This document shows positions 44,806 to 54,004 of a DNA stretch of 64,000 nucleotides, one piece after another (position 1 is the first letter of the stretch; each line of letters opens with the position of its first letter). The notes under the pieces were generated by a model. The model searched no databases. It was not told the DNA's origin and saw nothing but the letters and a program-made list of their open reading frames with translations. The DNA comes from Flectonema sp. DT1601. Taxonomy: Eukaryota. The translations under genes were made by a program, and so were the position numbers. Where the stretch lies: the NCBI GenBank assembly GCA_964019425.1, contig OZ025783.1, forward strand, positions 248,001 to 312,000, given 5' to 3'.

Positions 44806-47800
44806 AAAGCAGAAGCATCAACCGACACTAAGGAATCACATCTAGAGAGGAAATCCTCTCCAATTTCTTTCACATTACTCAAACCAGACATGTTGGAAAT
44901 GTCTTTCAGAGACTCACACCATGATAAGAATTCATCACTTATAACGGTTATTTTATCAAAACTACGCAAATCAACGGACTCCAATTTCTTACATTCTAAC
45001 AGAAATCCTTTGTCGATTGATGTCACACTCTTCAGAGCGGAAGTATCAACTGAAACTAAGGAATCACATCCAGCGAGGAAATACTCTCCAATTTTTTTCA
45101 CATTACTCAAACCAGACATGTTGGAAATGTCTTTCAGAGACTCACACTTACATAAGAAACCATCACTTATAACGGTTACTTTATCAAAACTACACAAATC
45201 AACGGACTCCAATTTCATACATTCCCACAGAAATCCTTTGTCGATTGATGTCACACTCTTCAGAGCGGAAGTATCAACTGAAACTAAGGAATCACATCCA
45301 GCGAGGAAATACTCTCCAATTTTTTTCACATTACTCAAACCAGACATGTTGGAAATGTCTTTCAGAGACTTACAGAGACTTAAGAAACCAACACTTATAA
45401 CGGTTACTTTATCAAAACTACACAAATCAACGGACTCCAATTTCATACATTCCCACAGAAATCCTTTGTCGATTGATGTCACACTCTTCAGAGCGGAAGT
45501 ATCAACTGCAACTAAGGAATCACATCCAAAGAGGAAATACTCCCCAATTTTTTTCACATTACTCAAACCAGACATGTTGGAAATGTCTTTCAGAGACTTA
45601 CAGTGACTTAAGAATTCATCACTTATAACGGTTACTTTATCAAAACTACACAAATCAACGGACTCTAATTTCTTGCATCTTATCAGAAATCCTTCATCGA
45701 TTGATGTCACACTCTTCAGAGCGGAAGTATCAACCGAAACTAAGGAATCACATCCACTGAGGAAATACTTTCCAATACTTTTCACATTACTCAAACCAGA
45801 CATGTTGGAAATGTCTTTCAGAGACTTACAGTGACTTAAGAATTCATCACTTATAACGGTTACTTTATCAAAACTACACAAATCAACGGACTCTAATTTC
45901 TTGCATCTTATCAGAAATCCTTCATCGATTGATGTCACACTCTTCAGAGCGGAAGTATCAACCGAAACTAAGGAATCACATCCACTGAGGAAATACTTTC
46001 CAATACTTTTCACATTACTCAAACCAGACATGTTGGAAATGTCTTTCAGAGACTTACAGTGACTTAAGAATTCATCACTTATAACGGTTACTTTATCAAA
46101 ACTACACAAATCAACGGACTCTAATTTCTTGCATCTTATCAGAAATCCTTCATCGATTGATGTCACACTCTTCAGAGCGGAAGTATCAACCGAAACTAAG
46201 GAATCACATCTACTGAGGAAATACTTTCCAATACTTTTCACATTACTCAAACCAGACATGTTGGAAATGTCTTTCAGAGACTTACAGTGACTTAAGAATT
46301 CATCACTTATAACGGTTACTTTATCAAAACTACACAAATCAACGGACTCTAATTTCTTGCATCTTATCAGAAATCCTTCATCGATTGATGTCACACTCTT
46401 CAGAGCGGAAGTATCAACCGAAACTAAGGAATCACATCCAGCGAGGAAATACTTTCCAATACTTTTCACATTACTCAAACCAGACATGTTGGAAATGTCT
46501 TTCAGAGACTTACAGTGACTTAAGAATTCATCACTTATAACGGTTACTTTATCAAAACTACACAAATCAACGGACTCTAATTTCTTGCATCTTATCAGAA
46601 ATCCTTCATCGATTGATGTCACACTCTTCAGAGCGGAAGTATCAACCGAAACTAAGGAATCACATCCACTGAGGAAATACTTTCCAATACTTTTCACATT
46701 ACTCAAACCAGACATGTTGGAAATGTCTTTCAGAGACTTACATCCCCATAAGAAAGAATCACTTATAACGGTTACTTTATCAAAACTACACAAATCAACG
46801 GACTCTAATTTCCTGCACCTACTCAGAAATCCGGAGCCGATGGCTGTCACACCTTTCAAACAGAAATTTTCATTCATCGTCGTCAAGTTGTTAAGACCGA
46901 CAACAACTTCTAAGGACTCGCAGCTGCTCAGAAAGTTGTTTTCGATAGTTGTGACGTTTTTAAAACCAGAGAAGTCTACAGAGATTAGGGAAGAATTGCA
47001 AAGGAAATCATCCCCAATGGATGAATACTTCTCACAATTAGTAAAAGACAAGTCTCGAATTGTCGAAGGGAAGTTGTCAACAATCAGAGTCTTCCCCGAA
47101 TCACCATCTTGATCTGAAATATCAAGAACGCATAACACATGCGGATTTCTCTCAAAGAATGATGAGACTAACGAATTCATTCTTTCATTAGACAAGTCAC
47201 TTCTAGTTAAGGTGATTGAATGCGAAAACCTGAACGTTCGTTTTGTTACATTCGAGTTCTTCTCTAACTCCTTCAACACGTCATCCTTCCAATCGTACCC
47301 ATCAATGAAGTCCTCCAACAGCTTGATCTCTGAGAGATGATTCTTATCGAGTGTGAGTATGAGATTTCTTTTCAGATCCTCGCTGACACCAGACTCGTCT
47401 ACACCGAAAGACTTCATCGCATCCTCCAGGCATTCATAAAACTCATCCTCGCTGTATAAATAGGGAAAAACCGGAGAAGAGAATGCCTTCACGAGATCGT
47501 CCTTCAGGTACTCAATTTCAAAGATGTCCATGTCGGGAGCCAGCGTCAGGGCGCCCAACATCATCGCCGTGGCTTCCCTCAGCTCCTCGCACTTGAGAAG
47601 ACTACCCAACTGATGAAGATTCTTATAAACAGAGATAGATGATGAACTGCTACTGAAATTAATACCCTTCATTGTCGGTATCGATGACTCCACAACCACA
47701 GCAAACCCTTCCAACACCTTCCTTCTGGAGTCCTCCATTTGTAGTCTCAGCTCATCATTTCCAAATTCCCCAATCAGGTCCACCATCTTTTTCATTTCCG

Positions 47801-47867
47801 CAGCTGTGGTCTCCATGGATCGCTGTTGAGCTTCAGCAAGCGACTGAACCTCCTTGGCATTCATCAT
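44778..47867 (-). CDS. BspA/LRR_5-like leucine-rich-repeat protein with ~9 tandem 76-aa (228-bp) super-repeats
   Basis: Repeats of C..L.S(V/I)D.S.(L/F)..V..I...FL arranged as triplets of 25+26+25 aa, with a 228-bp DNA period (e.g. 45601 vs 45829). Helical N-terminal domain; no signal peptide or TM seen. Confidence 0.9.
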   Translation of the reverse strand: MMNAKEVQSLAEAQQRSMETTAAEMKKMVDLIGEFGNDELRLQMEDSRRKVLEGFAVVVESSIPTMKGINFSSSSSSISVYKNLHQLGSLLKCEELREATAMMLGALTLAPDMDIFEIEYLKDDLVKAFSSPVFPYLYSEDEFYECLEDAMKSFGVDESGVSEDLKRNLILTLDKNHLSEIKLLEDFIDGYDWKDDVLKELEKNSNVTKRTFRFSHSITLTRSDLSNERMNSLVSSFFERNPHVLCVLDISDQDGDSGKTLIVDNFPSTIRDLSFTNCEKYSSIGDDFLCNSSLISVDFSGFKNVTTIENNFLSSCESLEVVVGLNNLTTMNENFCLKGVTAIGSGFLSRCRKLESVDLCSFDKVTVISDSFLWGCKSLKDISNMSGLSNVKSIGKYFLSGCDSLVSVDTSALKSVTSIDEGFLIRCKKLESVDLCSFDKVTVISDEFLSHCKSLKDISNMSGLSNVKSIGKYFLAGCDSLVSVDTSALKSVTSIDEGFLIRCKKLESVDLCSFDKVTVISDEFLSHCKSLKDISNMSGLSNVKSIGKYFLSRCDSLVSVDTSALKSVTSIDEGFLIRCKKLESVDLCSFDKVTVISDEFLSHCKSLKDISNMSGLSNVKSIGKYFLSGCDSLVSVDTSALKSVTSIDEGFLIRCKKLESVDLCSFDKVTVISDEFLSHCKSLKDISNMSGLSNVKSIGKYFLSGCDSLVSVDTSALKSVTSIDEGFLIRCKKLESVDLCSFDKVTVISDEFLSHCKSLKDISNMSGLSNVKKIGEYFLFGCDSLVAVDTSALKSVTSIDKGFLWECMKLESVDLCSFDKVTVISVGFLSLCKSLKDISNMSGLSNVKKIGEYFLAGCDSLVSVDTSALKSVTSIDKGFLWECMKLESVDLCSFDKVTVISDGFLCKCESLKDISNMSGLSNVKKIGEYFLAGCDSLVSVDTSALKSVTSIDKGFLLECKKLESVDLRSFDKITVISDEFLSWCESLKDISNMSGLSNVKEIGEDFLSRCDSLVSVDASALKSRLLSEP
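44790..46825. repeat. Coding tandem repeat, 228-bp unit, ~9 copies
   Basis: CACATTACTCAAACCAGACATGTTGGAAATGTCTTTCAGAGACT recurs every 228 bp; central copies are near-identical. Confidence 0.95.
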
Positions 47868-48583
47868 CTTCGTGTGGTGTTCTGTTGTTAAGAACGATAA
47901 AGTAATTAACTTATGAACATAAACTGTAGTTATAAAATACTATTTGACCTGTTGTTTGTCCACCAAATTGAGAACCGACTTCAATTGAGAAAACAAAAGA
48001 AGGATTACGTCATCATGATGATAGTCAGAATATCAGAGTACTGTTTACGAACGTTAGGAATACTTTACCATAATATCATTTGTTTGTACACGCTATAGTG
48101 TAATAATTAAGTATTTCAAAAAAGAATTTGTTTCCCAAAAAGGGGATGAAGCACACAAGAGCGACTAAGTTCTTGTATCTGACAATTTTCATTTTTTTTT
48201 GTAACTCACTGTTTTAGATTAAAAATTATGAAAATACTTTTTCACAGAAATAAACCATCTTACTCAACCTGATTAAGTACCATTGAAGTTCCAAACATGA
48301 CATAACTCATTCAGATACAAAAAAAAAGGAAAATGTAATTGTCCGATAATTCAATAGTACAGAGGAGTGGGGTTGCAAACACTTTACCGTCTGGTCCACT
48401 TAAAAGTGAACTACTTAGAGAGGAAGAACTTAGAAAACACGTGAGTCTTCATAAAGTTGGAGAGAGGATACCAAAGAAGAATTCTTTCCTTGCTCTGTTC
48501 GGGAAAGCCTAAAGTACAGAACATTATCTCCTCGTACAGGACAAGGGACATGAATTGAATTATTAATAATTATTATTATTATT

Positions 48584-49341
48584 CATAGATGGAAGTGCCC
48601 TACAATTTGGAGGGCGTGTAGGGCGCTTGTAGGGCGCTTTTAATATAAATATTATTTTGGAGGGCGCTTTTTTTTACCTTTTTTATTACTATAAGACAGC
48701 TAAATTGACGTCGACTTACACTGACGCACAAGTATTTTGACGCAGAAGCCAAAAAAACTTTTGACATGCTTGGCAGTCTTTCGAGAAAGAGAAAAAAGGG
48801 TGTCACGGGGTTCGAACCCGAGACCTCCAGGTCATGGTTCGGAGGTCAACAATGGCAAAAACAATGGGCTACTCCTTGAGAGCTTCCGGAGCCTGCTGCA
48901 ATCCCTGAAGCTGAAACTCATTTCAGTGGACGATGCATCCCAGATCTACAAGGAGCTGATTAGCCCGCAGAATGCACCGAGTCGAATATAGAGGGATTCG
49001 AGGAGGGAGAGTGCGTTCTTGCTAACCTGTTAATAGGCCGGTCTTCACGGTACCTTGTGAGAAAAAAAAGAAGTTTACTGGTGGCAAGTAAACTGATATC
49101 CCAGAGACGCATTTGATCGGGCGAACCGGAGAAAAGTCAAATAAGATGCGATTCGACCCTCGCTGAGGGCAGGGGTGTGTCAAAATGAGCTCGGCATTAT
49201 ATTAAATTTAATTAAAAAAGCGCCCTACGCGCCCTCCAGCGCCCTATTTTGGCCCTACAATGGCCCTATTTTGGCCCTACAAATTTTTGTGGCTGATTTT
49301 CACCAGGCGCCCTCCAAATTTGGAGGGCACTTCCATCTATG
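48584..49341. mobile_element. Non-autonomous TIR element (MITE), 758 bp
   Basis: TIR CATAGATGGAAGTGCCCT(A/CC)CAA(A)TTTGGAGGGCG at both ends, subterminal AGGGCG/CGCCCT repeats. The empty site is visible in duplication copy A (~42880-42890). Inserted in an (ATT)n tract, so TSD length is ambiguous. Confidence 0.9.
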
Positions 49342-49918
49342 ATTATTATGAAATAAAAATAAAAACCCATCACACACACAAACATCACAGGGGATACCGC
49401 ATCTCTTGTTGTATTGTGAGACAGATTTCTCACAAACAAGAGACTTCGGGACTGCTCAATTTGTACGTCAAAGTGCATCTCCGTAATTGGGACCCCGGCA
49501 GCTTCGAGATATTCCCCTTTGTCGGGAAATCAATAAAGTGCTCCACCACCGCTGGGGTCCTTTCAACCAAGGGATTCAATCATAAGTAATACTTGTACCC
49601 CTTTGTGAAGGGGAAAAATAAAAGGACCTTTATTTCTAAAGGAAATGAAAAAAGAATTCTCATTTCTTCTTTTGTTTTGGAATTCCCCTTTTTAAAGGGA
49701 TAACAAGTATGCATAAATCACAAATATAAATAAATCGCAGTTGTTGACATTATACAAGTCAAGAAAAGTTAGGAACAGAAGTGAGAGGGAGAATTGATAT
49801 TTCATTATATTGACGTTTAACTTTTTCAGTAAAGTTAAAAGAAATATCAAAATAATTACAACGACAAAGAGAGAAAGAAAGAGAAAGAGATAGAGAGAGA
49901 TAAAGGATGAGATGTTAT

Positions 49919-51046
49919 CTACTTTCTCGTAGAGTGGTTGTAACGTTCCGGAGTTGTGTATCCTTCGGCACCGTAGATTGAAAGCCACCAGAGTCCCTGT
50001 TCAGAGAGAGGAGACAATTCGTACCCGTTTTCGAAACGCTCAACCAAGTCGGGGTTCGTGATGAACGGCCTCCCGAACGCAATCATGTCGGCAACACCCG
50101 ATGACACAGCCTCGTCAGCCGTCTCCTTCGTGTAGTCGGTGTTCCCCATCAGCTTCGTCTTGCTTCCCTCCAACAAGACCTTCGCATCCTTCAGCGTGTG
50201 CGGTTCACCCAACTCGTGGAATCCAAACCCCAGGCCGTCCAACACACACACGTAGGCGATGTCCTTCTCACCGATCGCCTTGATCGTGTGATCGAATTGC
50301 TCGCGGAAATCAGGAGATCCGACGTCTCCGAACACACCGTTCGGGGAAACTCGGATCCCAACACGTTCCTTCGGAAACACTTCCAACACAGAGTCGATCA
50401 CCTCCATCACAATCCGATTGCTGTTTTCAACAGATCCGCCGTACATGTCGGTACGCTTGTTTACCTTGCTCTGTAAAAACTGATCCAAAAGGTATCCATT
50501 CGCACCGTGGAGTTCCACCCCGTCGAATCCCGCAGCCTTCGCCTTCGCAGCAGCGCGCCCAAAGTCTTTCACGGTTTCCGCGATCTCCTCGATCTCCAAC
50601 GCCCGCGGGGTTTCATACGGCTTCGATCCCTTTTTGGTGTGCGCCATGCTCTCCGCCCCCATCGGAGTCGCAGACGCACCGACCGGTGTCTGCCCGTGGA
50701 AGTCGCTGTGCGTCTGCCTTCCCATGTGCCACAACTGGCAGAAGATCTTCCCACCAGCCTCGTGAACCGAGTCTACTACCTTCTTCCATCCCTCCACCTG
50801 AGCATCCGTGTAGATACCTGGCGCCCCGGCCCACCCGTCCGCAATCCGTGAAATGTGAACCCCTTCCGTGATGATGAGCCCCGCAGATGCTCTCTGCGTG
50901 TAGTACTCGACGTTCAGGTCATTCGGAACCTTTCCCTCGTTGTCGGTACGGGATCTGGTGAGTGCGGACATCACAACTCTGTTTTTGAGTTCCATCTCTC
51001 CCAAAACAAACGGAGACAAGATTCCAATACTTCTGGTCGATGACAT
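49919..51046 (-). CDS. Old Yellow Enzyme family NADH:flavin oxidoreductase (NemA/OPR-like), intact copy
   Basis: LKNRVVMSALTRSR, EYYTQRASAGLIITEG, QLWHMGR, AGFDGVELHGANGYLLDQFL, NKRTDMYGGSVEN, GRPFITNPDLVER. Confidence 0.95.
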   Translation of the reverse strand: MSSTRSIGILSPFVLGEMELKNRVVMSALTRSRTDNEGKVPNDLNVEYYTQRASAGLIITEGVHISRIADGWAGAPGIYTDAQVEGWKKVVDSVHEAGGKIFCQLWHMGRQTHSDFHGQTPVGASATPMGAESMAHTKKGSKPYETPRALEIEEIAETVKDFGRAAAKAKAAGFDGVELHGANGYLLDQFLQSKVNKRTDMYGGSVENSNRIVMEVIDSVLEVFPKERVGIRVSPNGVFGDVGSPDFREQFDHTIKAIGEKDIAYVCVLDGLGFGFHELGEPHTLKDAKVLLEGSKTKLMGNTDYTKETADEAVSSGVADMIAFGRPFITNPDLVERFENGYELSPLSEQGLWWLSIYGAEGYTTPERYNHSTRK

Positions 51047-51474
51047 TGTGTGTGTGTTGTGTTGGGTGTTGTGGAGTTTCGGAGAAATCGAACTGTGTGG
51101 AGGAAGGGAGGATAACTAATATTGTGCTAAAAATCGAAAGAAACAATAATTCCAAGATTTGCACTTGTCCGCTATTTGAATGAACAACATAACAGGGATG
51201 AAGAATGATAGACGACAAGTCTTGTTGACACCAGGTGTACCAACATGCATGAATGCTGTCTATTCAGTTGTGAGATGAACCATACTATTCATAAATTAAA
51301 AGACTTTTCGATATCTGTCTGCCGTGAATCTATTTTTATTCTGATGATCTCTGTTGGAATGTAAACCTTGTAAAGTCAGAAAACCCTTTAAGAACCCACT
51401 CAAAACGTTTTGTACAACAGCAACGATATAAACATCCAACCCCCTGCAAGGATATCAACCCGTCAAATGAATAA

Positions 51475-51615
51475 TTATGGTTCAGATAGCAGGCGCGATT
51501 TCTCAAACCAGACATGTTGGAAATGTCTTTCAGAGACTCACACTTACATAAGAAACCATCACTTATAACGGTTATTTTATCAAAACTACATATATATCAA
51601 CGGACTCTAATTTCC
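51475..51615 (-). pseudogene. Remnant of the 3' end of a second LRR gene copy
   Basis: TTATGGTTCAGATAGCAGGCGCGATTTC matches the LRR stop region at 44778-44805. It then jumps into repeat sequence (TCAAACCAGACATGTTGG...) and ends abruptly. Confidence 0.85.
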
Positions 51616-51896
51616 GGCAACTAATGCTGCAGAGTTTTCCTGATTCATTTTTCTGTTAAAGAGAGAGATTATAAACACATCGTAATAAAACGGAAATAAT
51701 TCATTGACCTTTGTAGGCTTTGTATATAATCTAAACTACAATAAAAGTTATTTCTAATTTCTACCTCAGCAGCCGGGAAGGAACCACTTACTAGTACAGT
51801 TCTTTTACTTTTCTTTGTCTGCTGGAATTCTATCTGAGAAAACTGGTAGTCTTTAAAGTTTTTTTTTCTGGTGAAAGAAAAAAAAAAAAAGCAATA

Positions 51897-52460
51897 TCAC
51901 CTCGTGGGCGTTAGCGTAGAAATAGAAAGATTCGTTTCATCTTTTCTAATATTTCCGGTTACGAATCCTCTTCTTGGTGGAGTCCTTTGATATATCTCAC
52001 TATGCTGGTGTAAGGCGTCTAACTTACACTGGAGATCTGTCCACGTGTCACGGTCTTGAGCAATCTCAGTAGACAGGAATTCGATTGACGATTTAATATT
52101 ATTTATTTCAGTGTTGTTGATGGTTGTCATATTTGATATTTCTGACAGTCGAGAAATGTCATCCATCCCGTCTGAGAAGTTTTGTAGTAATCGGGTCAAA
52201 CCACCAACACGACCCTCTAAATCATGAAGTCGTTCACTCCATCTTATGGTTATGTCTTTCACAATTTTTATATCTGCTTTCTGCTGTAAACTATTATAAA
52301 CGTCTCGTATGTCTGCTTTTTCACTTAATCGCTCTTGTACTCTATCATCAACGGTAACGGTCCTCTTTATATCCTCAACATAACCAAGAACAACTCTGAG
52401 TGCATTTTGGACAACTCGTGGGATGGAATCCCACTCTTTGGAATCGAAGTTAATATTCAT
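51897..52460 (-). CDS. Hypothetical coiled-coil protein
   Basis: 187-aa ORF in cluster orientation with a KADI repeat (LSEKADIRDV / LQQKADIKIV). The 3' end may be spliced. Confidence 0.65.
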   Translation of the reverse strand: MNINFDSKEWDSIPRVVQNALRVVLGYVEDIKRTVTVDDRVQERLSEKADIRDVYNSLQQKADIKIVKDITIRWSERLHDLEGRVGGLTRLLQNFSDGMDDISRLSEISNMTTINNTEINNIKSSIEFLSTEIAQDRDTWTDLQCKLDALHQHSEIYQRTPPRRGFVTGNIRKDETNLSISTLTPTR

Positions 52461-52972
52461 GAGGTTTGAGTCCTTTATTTTTTAAAAAAGAAATAAAAAT
52501 AATTAAAAAATCAAAACCCACGATTTGTCACGTTCTCCAGCAGTCTTGCAGACCTACCTTCAACAGAGAGAGATAGACAAAGAAGCCCATTAGCGAAATA
52601 TAGAGCTACGGTGCTGTTTAGGTATGCTAATGCTAGCTATTCACCTTGCTCGATTGTAGAGATACAGAGAGAGGGGTAATTTAAGTAAAACAGAAAAACG
52701 AAATGACAGAAGGGTCATGTAAGTATCAAACTAAATAACCATTTTGAAGGAGGGGAAAAAAACTTGTGTAGCCCCAATAAAATATCATGAAACAAAAAGT
52801 ACTTAAAATCAAAAAGGGAAAACTCGTAATTAAAATAGTTTCCGAAATCACCATTTCCCAACAAAAAAAAAAAAAAGGCATCGAAAACCGAAGAACGATA
52901 AAGCACAGGTGACCTCTTTTTTTTTTTTTTTTTAAAAAAAACAGGAAAAAGGAAAGATTTCACAAACTACAA

Positions 52973-54004
52973 TTATATATTAAACGTTTCTTCATTTTTC
53001 CAATAAAGCTGTGCAATGGAACCGTTGCTGAGGAAGGGTAGTTTAGTGAAGTATAGCAAATCATGATTTCTAGGATTACCTGGAAGCGTACTGGTCACCC
53101 ATTGATTTCCTAACCAAACACTTTCATTACCGGATGATGTGACTACCTCGAAAACAGCTGAAGCTTGAGCATTTGTAACAAAGTTGTGTGGTGAATGTTT
53201 GTTGAAGGGTTGCTTGCTTCCAATATCACCTAAAAATTTATACGGACCCAATGGACTGTGCGAAGCAAACACAAAAACACTCGACCCACCTATACAGGCA
53301 CAACAACTGGTACCTGGTAGAATGTAATAAGTGTTTTTGTTTTTAAAAAAAACTGGGCCTTCAGCTGCTTTTGGTGTCGTAAAATGATAAGACTCTCCTG
53401 TGACACCTGTATAATCATCATTTAGTTTCTCAATCGAGAATCCTGTACGAACGTGATAGGCTATTTTATCATCGTCAACGAAGATGTCAAAATCACCAAT
53501 TTTATCCTTTGTAGACATTTGAACAGAGTTGTTAACAGTAGTAAAACTACCTTCGGGAGTAGTTGATGTAGCAATTGCGTAACCTCTTTGATGTCCAGTT
53601 GACCAACGGTCTTCATACCACATAACGAACAGTTTACTTTTTTCATTATAAATGACATGAGGTCTAAACTCAATCCCCTCATGTCGTGATTGCACTGAAA
53701 GAGCTACGCCGAGGTATTCCCAATTTTGTAAATCAGTTTTATACACTTCAACAGTGTGGTTTGTTCGATACACACAACCGTCTTCTGGACCATCAAAGCA
53801 GCAGCTTGCACATCCTCCACTGCTGTTGCAGCAGTTGACTCCAGCACATCCTCCCCAATTATTAAAATAAAAATAATACGATCTATCATAAAGTAATACA
53901 TCCGCTTCACCAGTCAAGAGCAAGTCACCATTTTGATCTCTCGGTAAAACTGTGTTTGATAAAGTCACTAAACCAACTGCTGCTATTGCAGCAATGAGAA
54001 TCAT
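52973..54004 (-). CDS. Secreted glycoside hydrolase family 43 (beta-propeller; exo-beta-1,3-galactanase-like subgroup)
   Basis: Signal peptide. Motifs VYKTDLQNW, FRPHVIYNEKSKLFVMWY, AIATSTTPEG.F, GDFDIFVDDD..AY, EGPVFFK...YY, SPLGPY, AQ, GNQW. Confidence 0.85.
   Translation of the reverse strand: MILIAAIAAVGLVTLSNTVLPRDQNGDLLLTGEADVLLYDRSYYFYFNNWGGCAGVNCCNSSGGCASCCFDGPEDGCVYRTNHTVEVYKTDLQNWEYLGVALSVQSRHEGIEFRPHVIYNEKSKLFVMWYEDRWSTGHQRGYAIATSTTPEGSFTTVNNSVQMSTKDKIGDFDIFVDDDKIAYHVRTGFSIEKLNDDYTGVTGESYHFTTPKAAEGPVFFKNKNTYYILPGTSCCACIGGSSVFVFASHSPLGPYKFLGDIGSKQPFNKHSPHNFVTNAQASAVFEVVTSSGNESVWLGNQWVTSTLPGNPRNHDLLYFTKLPFLSNGSIAQLYWKNEETFNI

Larger units (their letters stand above)
48397..51502. 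repeat. Segmental duplication copy B (contains the MITE and the intact OYE)
   Basis: Near-identical to 42707-44805 outside the insertion and deletions. Confidence 0.95.

Noticed and set aside
44713..45606. 297-aa repetitive plus-strand ORF (also 46585-47112)
   Set aside because: Antisense frame of the LRR tandem repeat; opposite to cluster orientation and broken by stops in other units.
44790..46825. Regular repeats resembling a CRISPR array
   Set aside because: Whole 228-bp units repeat with no unique spacers, they encode in-frame LRRs, and no cas genes are present.
48792..48875. Functional tRNA gene
   Set aside because: No complementary acceptor stem or D-arm; kept only as a tRNA-like fragment.
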